Shown: piece by piece, positions 36,865-50,245 of the stretch
How positions within the stretch are numbered: the first letter of the stretch is position 1
Layout of the letters: every line of letters starts with the position of its first letter
The notes under the pieces: generated by a model
Database searches by the model: none
What the model was told of the DNA's origin: nothing
What the model saw: only the letters and a program-made list of their open reading frames with translations
Program-made: the position numbers and the translations under genes
Assembly (NCBI RefSeq): GCF_018350175.1
Contig: NC_058368.1
Coordinates: forward strand, 237,214,001-237,278,000
Length of the DNA stretch: 64,000 bases
Origin: Felis catus
Lineage: Eukaryota
Direction of reading: 5' to 3'

Positions 36865-39537
36865 AGCATTTCATAATATTTTGCCAGTTTTCTTCGGAAT
36901 TCTGAAGCTGTGATTTCACACAGGTAAAGTAGGATCAGTGCTGGTACCCTTTCCACTCTGTACCCCTCAGAGCCCCAGAGACAGGGCCCCTGCTGTCCAC
37001 AGGTATCAGCCATCGACTTTCCATCTCTAGCTACCAGAGGGATCGGAGGGGCGGGGGTGGGAGAGGGAGGGAGGAAGAGAGAGAGAGGCACCAAGGTGTA
37101 TGGTCTACCTTGTCCTACGACATCACTCGGCATCACCAAGATCGCCCTTTCTGAAGCGATTCCCTTCAGCACTGGACAATTACCCAACTTTCGAACGTCC
37201 AAGCTCTACTTTAAATCGATCTCTCCTTCCTGCCTTTGGGTGGAGAGTGATGGGGTCTTCACCCCGTCTCACCCCCAACTGCCCCCAGAGACAACTTCCA
37301 CAGCAGGGCCTCTGTGTCCACGCCAGCGGAGGTGCGACCCAAAGAACGGCTTCTCCTGCTCGGACGCCGTTTCTAGATCTTGTAAACAAGGGGGCACCTG
37401 TGGGGCCATCACCAAAGGTGAACCTGAAGCGAGGGCCGCAAATGCTCAGGCAAACAGGGTGGCGATCAGGCTCCGTCTGGGAAGACTTCCCCCCCTCGAC
37501 ACTCAGATCTGACGCGGTGTTGCTGTCCTCAACCAGATGCCAAGGGAGCACGGCGCCGCGAGGGCGGGTTGGGGGTGCCGGCCCAGAGCACACCTACGGG
37601 ACTCCGCGCGGGCCCTTATTAACCAGGATCCCTCGAGACAAGAAGTATGTGTTTTGACTTTGTGTGTTTAATCTAATAACTTTTATTAGATTTTCTACGA
37701 GACTGATGGCTGTGTCTTACGGTCCCTTTGATTAATTGTTAGCATAAGGTGAAGATGAATGGCAGTTGCCTACTAACTGTGGACATAGCAGTTAACCCGC
37801 ATGTTACTTGCATGCTTTTTCAAATACTTTTTTTTGGTTGATGGAATACGTTTATTCTGAATTTCTGGACGTGAATACTTGAACACATACCTCTTGATAC
37901 GCGGTCGTGGAGGAATTGTCACAACAGAATGTAGGTTTTACATGAGGCCAACCCAACTGGCACCCGTTCTAGAAAAGCTTACCTGGTCTTGCCTGAAAAA
38001 TACAACAGCCCGGAGCCTAGCACCTGGGAGGTGCAGCAGGAGTAAGGACCCTGACAACGCGTAATATATGTCTTTACGCTTCACAAATACTTACAGTAAT
38101 TTGAAAGAAATTCCAGGCAAGTCCCGTCAGGCTAGGTGACTATATTTGGAGGACACACGCATAAATATCACAAGCATTAAACTGAGTAATTCCAGAGAAA
38201 ATAAATTAAGAAGGCCAGTGACAAAGGCCTCATTAGACAGACACACAGGACCTATCCCTCCGTAGGTGATCACGTTCGTTGTCCTGCAGTAAGAACGTGA
38301 CTTCTGTTCGCTGGGGCCGGGACAGGATGAGGCCCGGGCCCCAGGGTTGCGAGGGCACCGCCGTCCGGGCTACGTAAGCCACCCGTCCGGGTAGCTGGGT
38401 GGGTGCAACAGGAGATTGCAGTTGCAAGGAAGGTGCTCAACTGAGGGTCAGGGAGAGGACGAGGAGGGACGAGGAGGCCTTGGGTGGAGAGAGAGGACCC
38501 CCGTTGGCTCCTGGGAGCCGGGAGGGACGGAAGCCAGGAATACACCGGTACGGAGAGGAGCCAACTGGCGTTCTGCTCACCTATAAACAATGAAAATAAG
38601 CAGGATGAAGCGCAAGCACCGTTTGAAAAGTTTCTGTTATCGTCAGAAGCATCACAAATAAAACCAAGCCAGGTTTCCATAACTGAAGGCCACATCCAGC
38701 TCTCGGCCTTCTGACAAATGTTGCCTCGTGTCAGCGGCTGAGCGTGCCTTTGTCTTCTGAGCTTCCAGAAACACGAGGCTTGATTTTGATGCGTTCTCCT
38801 AATGAAAATACTTGAGTATCAGTCCATAATTAAAAAAAAAAAAAAAAAAGATATAGCTACACCAAATAACCCTTATTAGAGCCGAGTCAAGCAGAACCAT
38901 GAGGGGTTACCCGCGATGGGGAACGAGCACAGGGACCCCCTTCCGCAGGGTGGAAGGAGGGCGTGGGAGTCAGATGCTGTCAGAAGGAAGCAGAGGGACA
39001 GATGGCCTTGTATGTCCCCCGAGCCCCACACGGGCCGTCCGTCACTGCTCGGATCTTGGCCACGGAAGAAGAAGCAGGCTGACCCCCTCCACGGGGCAGA
39101 GGAGGCCCCCCGCCCCGAGACGCTCCCCCCACCTGAGCCACTCTCTCCCATCCCATTGGGTGGGCGTCTGGCGGCTCCCCTCCTCCAGGCAGGAGTCACA
39201 TCTCACTGGAGGTGATAACCTGTGTGTAACTGGGGCTGAGGGCACAGGCTGTGCGAGGCCCTGGGCTCCAGAGTCGGGCTGCCTCCTGGAGGCCCATGTG
39301 AATCTTACTCCTCGTTTTGTTCATCCCACCAAATATTATCAACTCCAAACGTTTCCCTGTAAATGGCGGCCTCCCCGCATGCCCCTGAAGGTAGCGGAAG
39401 TAGTCTCCTTGAGGCTGAAATTCAGGAACAGAGCGCACACCGTTAGGGAAAGCAAGGAACTCTGGGAAGCACTTTGCTGCGTGAGCACCGTCGGGCCTGC
39501 GGGAGCTCTGCCTCAGTGCGTCTCCAGCGAGAGTCAG

Positions 39538-39730
39538 TTTTTAAACGTTTATTTATTTTGAGAGAGAGAGGGAGCACGAGAGCGAGAGCCAGAGAGAATA
39601 CCAAGCAGGCTCCGCACTGTCAGCACAGAGCCTGACACGGGGCTTGGACTCCCAAACCTTCCGTGAGATCATGACCTGAGCCAAAACCAAGAGTCGGAGA
39701 CGCTCGACCATTGAGCAACCCAGGCGCCCC
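39538..39730 (-). mobile_element. CAN-SINE
   Basis: gtttatttattttgagagag ... gtgagatcatgacctgagccaaaaccaagagtcgg ... caggcgcccc. Confidence 0.93.
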
Positions 39731-40197
39731 ACCCACGAGCCTCTTACTCAAGGACTGGAGTGAGGGGCCGTGTCCGATGTCCCAGCTCCTTCCTTCCCAA
39801 GGAAAAGGCGAAGGCCCGAAACCTGCTGGCAATTGGAGCCCCGTGATGGCGCCTGGGGGAGGTGTCTGGAGCCCAGGAGAGCAGGAGACAGAGTGGGGCA
39901 GTGGGAGCCTCGGGTCAGCAGACCTCCTCTGCTGAAGGAGAGAAGGCTGAGCAGGGAGCTGGCATCGGAGCTGGTTCCCGGTCCTGCCAGGGGCCTTGGG
40001 GCAGTTTTCCCGTGTCTGAGAAGTCCTGCTAAACCCTCTGTAGACTCCCCGGGTGGGAGTCCCTTGTCCCTCCTGCCTAGGCCTAAGCCTCGGAGACCTG
40101 TGCACCAGCCCTGTGGGCTCTGTTGTGAGCTGTCCGAGGTCCGATGTGGCGCTCGCCATCGCCAATTTGTGGTGACTGCTTTAATACTGCGCCTTGA

Positions 40198-40437
40198 TTT
40201 TATTTTATTTTTATTTGTATTTTTTCTGATTTTTTAAATGTTTATTTATTTTTGAGAGAAAGAGACGGAGCATGAGTGGGAGAGGGACAGAGAGAAAGGG
40301 AGACACAGAATTGGAAGCAGGCTCCAGGCTCCGAGCTGTCAGCACAGAGCCCGGCGCGGAGCCCGAACTCACGAACCGTGAGATCGTGCCCTGAGCTGAA
40401 GTTGGACGCTCAACCGACTGAGCCACCCAGGCGCCCC
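40198..40437 (-). mobile_element. CAN-SINE
   Basis: Full body with a long T-rich tail, ending gccacccaggcgcccc. Confidence 0.95.
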
Positions 40438-43400
40438 AGAGCTGTGTCTTTAACCCAAAGCTCTTCACACCCGGGCTTTGCCAGTTTTATGCAAAAGGCA
40501 GTTCTCAAAATGTGAATGAGTTCTTCTAAGGATTGAGCAGGAGAAAAGCTGCTGCAGTTGCAGGATTATGCGTGTTGGGCTAGATAATCCAAGGTTAATT
40601 TTATGCGACAGCAAAATTGTTATTAAAGCATCAATCACTCGGGAAGAATTTGATAGTTCCCAGTTGAGCCTAAAGAGAAACCTGTATTGAGGGACATTAT
40701 TGTAGGGATTTTCTGTTCAACACACCTGAAGTCAACAGTTTCTGTGAAAATTTTTATGACTTGTGTGAATTCCCCAGGGGCATCAGAATCGAGCGACATA
40801 ATCAAGCACGTCCGGTACGTGGACAGCACCCTGCCTTGCTAACGGCACTGAAGCCCGTGTGCGTGAGCGGCGTGCCCGGAGAGCGGGCCGAGCGCCCATG
40901 CAGTGACCAGCACCCGAGGCCTGCACGGCCTTCTCTGCCCCCTCGCACGCAGTGAGGCTGGTGCACGGTGGCACCTTTCTGGACGCAATCGGTGCGGGGG
41001 CTTCACGCACTTACGCGTCTTGACTTCGTACGTCGACCGCGGGTCGAAATCCTAGACTCTAAATCCGGAACGCCTTCTTGCGCAAAGATGTTCCTGAAGC
41101 ATTCCACGTCACTGCCGCCTTTTCGGTGTCGAACCATCGGTGAACGCCTTCGCCTATTTCGGTAGAGTTATGTGAGCAGACATTGGCAGGCAATAACGTT
41201 TCGCGATGTTGGAAAACGCTTGCAAGGTAGCAACTTAAATGGAAAACAAACCAGGCTTGACGATAGAATGGACTATTACTCTAATTATGGGAAATACGGA
41301 ACCAGTTAGTGCTCATCTGTGGATGTGAGATGAGAAGGCCAATTTTTACTTTCTTCTGTTTCTCCAAATGGCACTCACGATGACGGCTCCGGAGATCGGT
41401 GTGGGTGGCAGCACGGGCGTGGGCGCAGAGATGGGTACCAGGCCGAGGGTGTGGGTACCGTGGGACAGACACGCATGCAATCTTAAACAGGACGTGAAAT
41501 AGAGACAGAGATGGGAAGGGGCGTGAACAAGAAGGGTCCTTGGTCACCGTGGAGCTGGACCGCGGTGAGCTGGCCCCGGGATTCCTGCTCTTGCCTGAGG
41601 CAGCTGTTCTCCTAAGTGTCCCCATCAAACTTGAGAGTCCAGAGGTGAAATGCACGCTCGTGGTCCTGTGATATTCACATCAGTGTTGGACGTGCTCAGA
41701 CGCAAGGCCGAAGGCCAGCACAGTGCCTTGAGGGGCTTCCGGGAGGGGGTTGGGCCCCGCTTTGGAGAAAGCCTTCCTCCAGGCAGGGGTCACCTTGCTA
41801 CGGGTCAGCTTTCAACGGCGATCTCTCCAGGGAGAAGACACCCCGGCCGCGTCCATGCAGCCCAGCCCTGGACCCCCTGGTTCCTCTACGGGGGCAGTGG
41901 CTCCCCCAGTGTTTGGGGTGGAGACTTTCATCTGTACAAGTACCACACGTTGGAATTCTCACGGGATGAAACCAGTAAAAACAAGACCAGCGGTGGCTTC
42001 GTATCTACACAGGTGTGTGTGTGTAACTCCCACTTAGACTGCCTCGACAGGTAGGCCTTGCCTTTCCTTTCCTGCTTCCTCATTTTCTTCTTGATTTGGT
42101 ATGAAAGTCCTCACGCTGAGTCCTGAATACTGAACTGAATCTCCGTCCTGGTGGCCAGTTCCAGCGTCTTCTCTCCTACTTACCTGCCTCCCTCTCCGGG
42201 TCGGGGGCTTCAGGGGCCCACGCTCTGTCCATTTCTGGCCACGCAGCACCCCCGTGGCTTCTCGCCGCCAGCCCTGCAGCAGAGGGGTTTCCCCACGGAC
42301 AGGTGTTGGCTCACCTTCTTCTTCTCCTCTGCCGGACTCCCCGTGAGGACTGCCCACGTGCCAAGACCACCAGGGTGCTCGTCTCAAGGGCGTCGGGGCT
42401 GACCGGTGGTCAAGCTGAGGCGCCCTCCATCAGGAGATCGCCCGGAGCCTCCCACGGGGGCAGCACCAGAGGCCACGGGCCAGTTCCGGGGCCCCCTCGC
42501 TGTCACGCCCACCTGGGGGAGAAGGAGATGGCACATTCCGCGCGTCTTCACGGCCGACATCGTCTCCTACGTGCGGCTACAGGAGCCGACCGACAGGGTA
42601 GGAGCCACGCTCTGAGTAGGAGCCCACAGATCCCAGGAGGAAGCTCACTGCCTCTGCTCCCTTATAACATTTGAGGTCAGGGAGCAAAACCCGCTCTCGG
42701 CTCCTCAATAGCGTCTTGGCAAAGGAAGTCAGGGTGTCTTTCACGGGAGGCCGGGGCACGTACACCGTGCTGGCTTCAAATGAGCCGGAGGGCCCGGCAC
42801 CCGGCCTTCGCAAACTCGTGCTCCCCAGTGGTGGAAAGACAGAGACTTCCATTTTTTTTCCCGTTCTTTTGAACCCGCATTATAAAATGATCCCTTCTGC
42901 TGTTTTTCTGTATTTTAATTAATGTCATTTCATTTGGACTTGTACCCTCAGGCTGTGTCAGCAACAAACTATAATTTTACAAACTGGAGAAAAAGTTCTC
43001 TTCCACAGTATGTATTCAGAATTCAGTATTTTATTTCGACAGAGTTGTCCACGTTCTGAGAATCCAAAGCCTCCCGAATATGTCAACCCTCAACACCGGT
43101 TCTCCCAATGGCAAGGATGTCCTTGAAGGTGTTGTGAAATTCGTAGCCTTTCAAGGGACCCGCGTGTCCCAGGTGGCTCTTCCCGGATGGAAACTCTGTC
43201 CCTCCCCACCCTGGGCTATCATGACGACCTCTTCCTGCTCTGACAGGAAGCCCACCCCCCGCGAGCGACTGACCGCCACGGGTCGCCGTCTACAGCTGGG
43301 GACGACACTTCCTCACTTCACACTTTGCCCCCAGCTGGCTTCTTCTAGATAACCCGAGTGTGATGGTGTGAGCGCTGATAACCAGAGGAAGCCATGAGCC

Positions 43401-45039
43401 TTCCTAAAATAGGACAGACTCCTGAGCCCTCAACCAGAGCATCACTTCAGACAAAACCCGGCGCAAAAGTGGGTAATCTCTCTCGCCACCCAACCTGTCA
43501 AAGATTATTGTGAAAGCTGAGCCCGCTTGCTCCCGAAATGCCACTCAGCTGAAGATGTCCACGGGACAGTCGGTCGCCGGGAACAAGAAAACCAAGGGAC
43601 TCTGAGGTTAGATTTCCACAAAAACGAGCCCTGACACGTGGGTGTGTGTTATTTGCTGTGGGAAGTTGTCTGCCACCTGTGTCCTGGAGGGGGTGGGAGG
43701 GTCTGACCCCACTTGGCTTTTCTCACAGACTCTGGTTCTGAAATTTGACTTCAAGACCCTATCAACCTGCTGGCAAGGCCACAGACAGCTCATCTCAGAC
43801 CAAAGGCACAAAGCAAATCTCGACCATTCCTGTCTTCTGGAAGGTCCTTTCTCTCTCAACAAAGTCTGCAGATTCTGGAAACCCAAAGACGATGGCCCCA
43901 CATCTTGTGTGCCGTGCAAGGAGAACCGACTTTCGCAAGGTTTGCGAACAGCCCCGCAAACGCAGTAATTCGACTGCTCCCCAGAGTGTCACCTTTTCAA
44001 TGTAAGTGCACCTGCACTGCCTTCTGGCAAGAAAGGACAAATCATTGAAAGCACATTTGCAAGAATTAACTGCAAGATTCTCTTTATTATCAAATGCTGC
44101 TTCTGAAAGCCATTGAGGAACCCCCTTCACTTAGGTCCCTTCTTGCCAAACAGAATCCAGACAAGCCTAGTTTCTTATCCTGTTGAAGAGTCTCCTTTAT
44201 AAACTGGGGTGTAAATAAGGACAGTGACAGGTCCCACACTATGAGCCACTTTGGTCCCATCAGAACACACTTCAGCACATCTTTATCCCCGCAAGTTCTA
44301 TGAACGGAATGTTGTTTTTTTACTTATGAACACGGAATGGAATATTGATTTTCATTCCTCTAGCCCACATCAGGTTTTCTCCTCCTCCAGTAACGCTGAG
44401 ATCAGGGTCTCACATCCATTTATAAGCAGGTGACTAGGAAAAGCGAATCTCTAGACTGTGATTATTTTATAGCTTTGAAAGATCCGCTATATAATTGTAA
44501 TATATCTCTTCAGATGCATGCTTGATCCTTGCTGATGGAGTCGGGGAGGGAGGGGGGCCCAGAAATGGTCAGCAACCTAATGTCGTGTCAATATCCCCGG
44601 CAGCGGGAGACTGTGACAAATTACTTCCGAAAATGGTTCTTTCCCGAGAAGAATGATCTTCTTGAATTAAGCTGCGTGGCTACAAAGATCTTTCTGAAAA
44701 ATGAACAATAAATGGTGAATTTTAGGAAGTGAAGATAAGAAAATCCAATTTATGGACATCCGGCACTCTGAGTAGGTAGACCGGACACGAGTTGGGCAGT
44801 CACGGGAGTCACCGGGGACTCTGCCTTTTTCCTAGACATATTCTTTTAGACCCATTTATGAAGTGAAAAGCTTATTACATTGAATCAACTCAGTTTTCCA
44901 CTAAAAAAGACCAATCCTATTAATTTTCTGTACAAGATGGTGGGGAAGAGTAGGCGAGAGGCTTAGAGAAAGTTCCAGGGAAAGCGCTGGATTGATTCAT
45001 TAAAATCGGGGTTAACTCCAAGGACCCGGGCTATGAACA

Positions 45040-45180
45040 CGTCTAATTTGGCATGTGAAAGGTCTTTCCAGACAAGACTGGAGGCCCAGATGTGATAAAT
45101 GAAAAGATGGACATAATTAACTCCGAGAAAGTAATTAAAAACTTTTGTATAGCAGAAGTCACCATAACCAAGTTCAGCAG
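45040..45180 (+). mobile_element. Old L1M ORF2 fragment
   Basis: Translation INEKMDIINSEKVIKNFCIAEVTITK resembles the L1 ORF2 segment KEKIDKLDFIKIKNFCSAKDTIKK. Confidence 0.65.
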
Positions 45181-45204
45181 TGCTTTTGGTCCTGATGCAG
45201 CGGC

Positions 45205-45553
45205 CAAAACCATTTGGACCATGCTGCAGCGGCCGAAAATCTCCACATCCCAGTGGTTTCAAGCAACGAAGGTTTATTTCCCACTTACGGTACGTGCTCA
45301 CCGACATTGCTGGGCGTGTTCCCACCTGCGACATTGGTCATTGTGCACGGGAAGCAAACATGACAAACCACTTACTGGCTTTTCAAGACCTTTTAAAGAG
45401 TATGTCAGAGTGACACAGATGATGTCTGCTCAGATTTCATTGGCCAAACAAACCATACGCCTATGTCCGACTTTCGGAGGAGAAGAATGTGCAGTCCTCC
45501 CCTGATCTCAACAGGAGAAAGAGAAATATTGGCAAAGAGCAGTACAAACCACA
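45205..45553 (-). mobile_element. Old MaLR LTR (MLT1J/K/L-like)
   Basis: atgctgcag..cagtggtttcaagcaacgaaggtttatttc ... tgctcagatttcattggccaaacaa ... gaaatattggc..accaca terminus. Confidence 0.75.
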
Positions 45554-45822
45554 ATCTCTGCCCCTCTGAAGATCAGGTGGTCACAGTGACAGTCTATGAT
45601 CGTGAGCCTGCGCTGATTTGGGAGAAAGGTGAGGAGGGAAATGAGTGGGTAACAGGTACAAATACAAAAGTAAAGGAAAAAGAGTGCACGAATTAGGTTA
45701 CTATCGTATTGATGGTGTTGTTTTGCAAAGTTGTGTGTGTGTGTGTGTACATGAAAGCTTTTTACAAAACATAATACCTAATTTTTCAGTCTGTGCCATG
45801 TTCTCTTTGGTCATCTGTTGAA

Positions 45823-45934
45823 TTTTTTTAATTTTATTTATTTTAAGAAATCTCTATACCCAACATGGGGCTTGAACTCATGACCCCGAGGTCAAGAGTT
45901 GCCTGCTCTTCCCACTGAGCCAGCCGGGACCCCC
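45823..45934 (-). mobile_element. Short old tRNA-Lys-derived carnivore SINE without CT tract
   Basis: Reverse strand ggctggctcagtgggaagagcaggcaactcttgacctcggggtcatgagttcaagccccatgttggg plus an A-rich tail; TSD-like tcatct on both sides. Confidence 0.85.
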
Positions 45935-46482
45935 TCATCTATGGGATTTGAAAACGGAGTCTCCACTCTGGACACAGCTGTGCCAGCAAGAGCATCCCTC
46001 AGCTCGGAGCCCCACCTCTGCAGCGCCCCACGCCCTGGCCCTGCGGGAGCTCTGCCCTACCAGAGGATGTCTGATGGAGAACGTCCAACCAGTGGCATTG
46101 GTTATTGGCCAACCAGGTAGCAATGCCAGCCTAAAATTCTCCTGCGATCTGCTGTCTCAGAGAAGACGTCTCACTGGGTGTTCTTTAAGCCACAGATTTC
46201 CATTTTGTGGAAAATTTATAATATGGCTCCCGGACGCTATTTCACCAGGTGAAACAGAAAAGACAATAAACCCTATAGGTCTTCACCTCACACGTACTTA
46301 CAAACCTATTTCTGAACTCTTGCTTGTTATATGCTATTGTTTTCCTAAAATGTCTGGAATTTTAAACCTGATTGATTCATTCCTGATAAAATTGCATTGT
46401 TTTCGAATGATCACCAAAGCTGCAGGGAGGACAGGGCTTTAGGGCTTAGGTTACATTCTTTTTTTCCTTTTTTTATTTTTTT

Positions 46483-46703
46483 TTATTTCAATGTTTTTTT
46501 ATTTATTTATTTATTTTTGGGACAGAGAGAGACAGAGCATGAACGGGGGAGGGGCAGAGAGAGAGGGAGACACAGAATCGGAAACAGGCTCCAGGCTCCG
46601 AGCCATCAGCCCGGAGCCTGACGCGGGGCTCGAACTCATGGACCGCGAGATCGTGACCTGGCTGAAGTCGGACGCTTAACTGACTGCACCACCCAAACGC
46701 CCC
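46483..46703 (-). mobile_element. Young felid CAN-SINE nested in the A-tail of an older SINE
   Basis: Subfamily marks gggacagagagagacagagcatgaacggggg, ggaaacaggctcc, gacctggctgaag; inner TSD tttttttattttttt (46468-46482 / 46704-46718). Confidence 0.95.
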
Positions 46704-46921
46704 TTTTTTTATTTTTTTAAAATGTTTATTTACTTTTGAGAGAGAGAGAGAGACAGAGCACAAGTGGGGGAGGGGCAGAGAGAGAGGGAGACACAGAATC
46801 TGAAGCAGGCTCTGGACTCGGAGCTGTCAGCACCCCGACGTGGGGCTGGAACCCAGGAACCTTGAGATCATGACCAGAGCTGAGGTCAGATGCTTGGCGG
46901 ATTGAACCACTCAGGCGCCCC
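46704..46921 (-). mobile_element. Older CAN-SINE (host of the nested copy)
   Basis: Outer TSD gggcttaggttacattctt (46442-46460) / gggcttaggctatattctt (46922-46940) brackets both SINEs. Confidence 0.94.
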
Positions 46922-47719
46922 GGGCTTAGGCTATATTCTTAAGGAGGGATTCACAGAGCCGCGACGGAGTGGTCACTATGTGTATTTTAAGCTGAGCTAC
47001 GTAGGCACTGCGTTCAGGTGTCAGGTCGTCACCACCCAGCTGACTCCATCGATGGCAGAGTCATTGATCCGCCATTCAAAAACACTGAATCAATTGTTCT
47101 ATGGTCAACGGAGGCCACACTGCCTGGATACCGTGCTCGTCAGTCACAGCGATATGGGTTAAGTCCGCTTAGATTTGTACGTCTATTGAGATACCTATTA
47201 GTTAAATAATGCCGAGCCATATTCAGATCCCTTCACGTGGAGTAAGTATATATTGCTTGGGCTGTCAATACATAACTGAATTATTATTTCATTCTATGTA
47301 GTAAACCATCTTTCCAGGTGCTGGAGACGTGCGAAGGGATGATTCATAACAGCGGCCCAGGGGTGCAGAGCCATACATTAACGGCATGTGATCGAAATCA
47401 GACACCTGCCAGACCTGACGAAGAAGCCCTTCTTCTTTACGTGAGAAGCCGAGTCTGGAAGTTATGTTTTCCCCAAGTGCGCCCATCCTGGAGCCTGCAA
47501 AGAAGCACTAAGGCCCGTGCGGCAGAAGCAATCTGTTTCACTTAAAGTATCTGTTTCCTGGCTGATGTAGGGCAAGGCCAGCGTTCCCTGTAGTGCAGCT
47601 GGGGTAGCAGACGGGGCACACCGGCTGCACGCGGGCTCTGTCCTTCCCCGGAGGAGGAGGAGGGTCTCGGCAGGTGACTCAGCCTCGCTGAGCGGCAAGT
47701 TTCTTATCTGTAAGACAGG

Positions 47720-47825
47720 ACTAGGTGGGTAGGTGGGTAGGTAGGTAGGTAGAGGTCTAGATAAATGGGTGATAGTTAGGAAGGTCGACAGAGAGAGACT
47801 GATAGACGTTAGATGAGAGATGTGG
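47720..47825 (+). repeat. Degenerate (TAGG)/(GATA) simple repeat following a MIR-core fragment
   Basis: taggtgggtaggtgggtaggtaggtaggtag..., preceded by the MIR-like cctcgctgagcggcaagtttcttatctgtaaga. Confidence 0.65.
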
Positions 47826-49491
47826 GCATGATTCAGATGCGGGTACGTACTCGACTCGTCCGTAAAGCAGGAGAGAGAAGGCCTGCCTCTCTCTGGCCCC
47901 CGTGGCCCGGGACCAGCCACCGGAAGGGGCAGCTGACGCAGCCTGGAAGCGTGCGGGAGGAAGGCCAGGCAGTGCTGGCCAGTGACAGCGGAGCCGGGGA
48001 CCCCGCAGCTGGGTTCCTCTCCCTCGTCCTTGGCACAGACCCTCTCCGCGTGGTGGTTTCACCCCGCCTGCCCAGAGATGCTCCTCGGGACGGGGCAGCG
48101 GGCTTTTCCTTGTGAGGAGGGGCCCCGCTCAGAGAGCCTCCCTCCTCCCGACCTCTGCACTCGTCCCCCTTTCTGGGTCCTGCCCTGTGCCCACACTCAC
48201 CGAGCTGCCTGCCCGAGGTGTAACCTCAGCGCTGGACTCCAGGGTGTCTGGGCCAGGAAAACCGCTATGACGGAAACTCAGGCCGCCACGATACCCCGTC
48301 CATCCCCGCAGGCCCGTGGCGAGAGTTTGAACACATTTCAGGAGGAAGTGGAAATTAACCATGTGTTTGCAGTCCTTTCCGTGGCAGCACGGACTCCCGT
48401 GACCATGCCGTCAAGCCTGCCGTGACTTGTGGCAGGGAGACCCTGACTGGGGGAGGTCACACGAACAAGTGGCCCCACACGTCCCCTGTTCGGGGGTCGG
48501 AACTGTCTGTCTGCACAGCCTCAGTTCCCCCGGTTGGTGCATGTTTCTGCAGAGGGGGGCCCTCACCGTGACGCCCGGACAACCTCCCTCCCCAGACCCC
48601 GCGAGCACGCTGCTCCCCTCAGCCTCCGCCACCGGGCTGTCCCCTCCAGGGGCTCCTGCTGCTGGTACTTGGTAGGACTCTCCTCTGTCCCCTGTCCCAC
48701 TGCTGACCACCTGTGGGCACAAGCCAGCCGTGCAGACGTGCCCTGCTCTTCTCCACCTCCTGTTCTGGAACGTTCCCGGGCTTTCGTGGCTCTTTAAAGC
48801 AGGGGGCTGATGGCACAGAATAACTGAAGTCGTGTGAGGCGTCTGTCCGTGAAAGGGTCCCCACCCCCCTGGCCGGATATCTCCACGACAGTGTTTGCCT
48901 GGGGACAGTCCTCATGCTGTTTGAGCAGGGCGCGGGCCCCCAAGAGCAGGGTGACCCCTAAGAAGCAGGGACACAGCTGCACAACGACAGGGTCCCCTCA
49001 GAGAAGAAGCCTTTGGAGAACAGCTCTCTGAACACACAGCTACCCTAGAGCCTTGACGTCATGATGTAGGTGGAACTTGTGTTTCTCCTTGAACCCTTAT
49101 TGCTAAAATTGTTTCCTTCTCCCTCGTGCCGAACCACAGACCTTCTCTCCTGCCCTGTCGGCGGGACTCGTCTGCGGCCTCAACTGTGGCTCCAACTTTG
49201 ACAAGAGAAGCCGCAGCCGTGAGGGGTCCCAACAATGGAGTCAGACGGTGAATGAGGAGGGCCTTTCCGTGAACCACAAATCACGGGGGGCCACAGGGGG
49301 CCTTCCAGCTCCTTTCAAAGGTGGGGAGAGATTCCCTTTGAGCGGTTTATTAGTTTATCAGGGTTCTCTGCTTAGGGACTCCAAGTCTCCCAAAGAATGG
49401 CCCATTTTAGGTTTTTCCAGGTTAAAGTTTAGCAGAGTTCTCAGACTGGCTCTGGGAGTCCGCACAGTGCTTCAAACATCACGCTGCTGCT

Positions 49492-49718
49492 ATGTATGCT
49501 TATCTATCTTGAGAGAGAGAGGGAGAGAGACAGAGAGAGAGAGAGACAGCATGTGCCTATGAGTAGGGGAAGGGCAGGGAGGGAGACTCCCAAGCAGGCT
49601 CCACGCTGTCAGCATAGAGCCCAGCTTGGGGCTTGATCTCACGAACCGTGAGATCGCGACCTGAGCGGAGGTCAAGAACCAGACAGACGCTCAACCGACT
49701 GAGCCCCCCTGGAGTCCC
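49492..49718 (-). mobile_element. CAN-SINE, diverged
   Basis: (GA)-rich tract, cccaagcaggctccacgctgtcagc ... gaaccgtgagatcgcgacctgagc ... gctcaaccgactgagcc. Confidence 0.92.
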
Positions 49719-50245
49719 TATACCGCTTTTTTTAATGAGAAATTTTAAAACTAAAATGTGGGTTCCAGGCTGACTTGAAAAGAGCCACCAAGGGGACCCC
49801 GTCTGAGAAACAGGAACAGGAGGGAGGGGGTAGCGGCGGCTGTTTCCACGGGGTGGTTCTCTGCACTTGGCACCGGTCCCGCCGTGCCCTCTCCCCTCCC
49901 GGCCTCCTCAAGCCCGCTCTCCTGCACGTGCCCGCTCACAGGGCCGGCCTGCCCACCCCTCCCCGCCCCATGAAATGCTGCGTCCGCGAGGCCCCCGACA
50001 GAGGGAGACGGGCCACGGGGACGCCACGGGGACCACGGGACAGCCTCGGCAGCTGGGTGGGGGGTCGGAGCCCACGCCGCAGAGGGCAGATTCTGTAAAT
50101 CTGACTCTTGTCCTACTCAGTACTTAGATTGTTGCCGATGATGTTAATTAACGACACTTTTATGAATAATTTTTTTTAAGAAATTACAGCAGACAGTCAG
50201 CGGACGTGGTTGCCCCAAGTCAAGGCGAGTTGCTGTCCATCACCC

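Noticed and set aside
37670..37692. Perfect 10 bp hairpin aatctaataa-ctt-ttattagatt
   Set aside because: Short, AT-only and weak; terminator logic does not apply in a mammalian genome.
20220..38808. Exact 15-mer ttctcctaatgaaaa at 20220 and 38794
   Set aside because: One or two such matches are expected by chance in 64 kb, and the similarity does not extend.
45823..45934. tRNA-Lys-like sequence
   Set aside because: It has an A-rich tail, TSD-like flanks and a degenerate cloverleaf: a SINE, not a tRNA gene.
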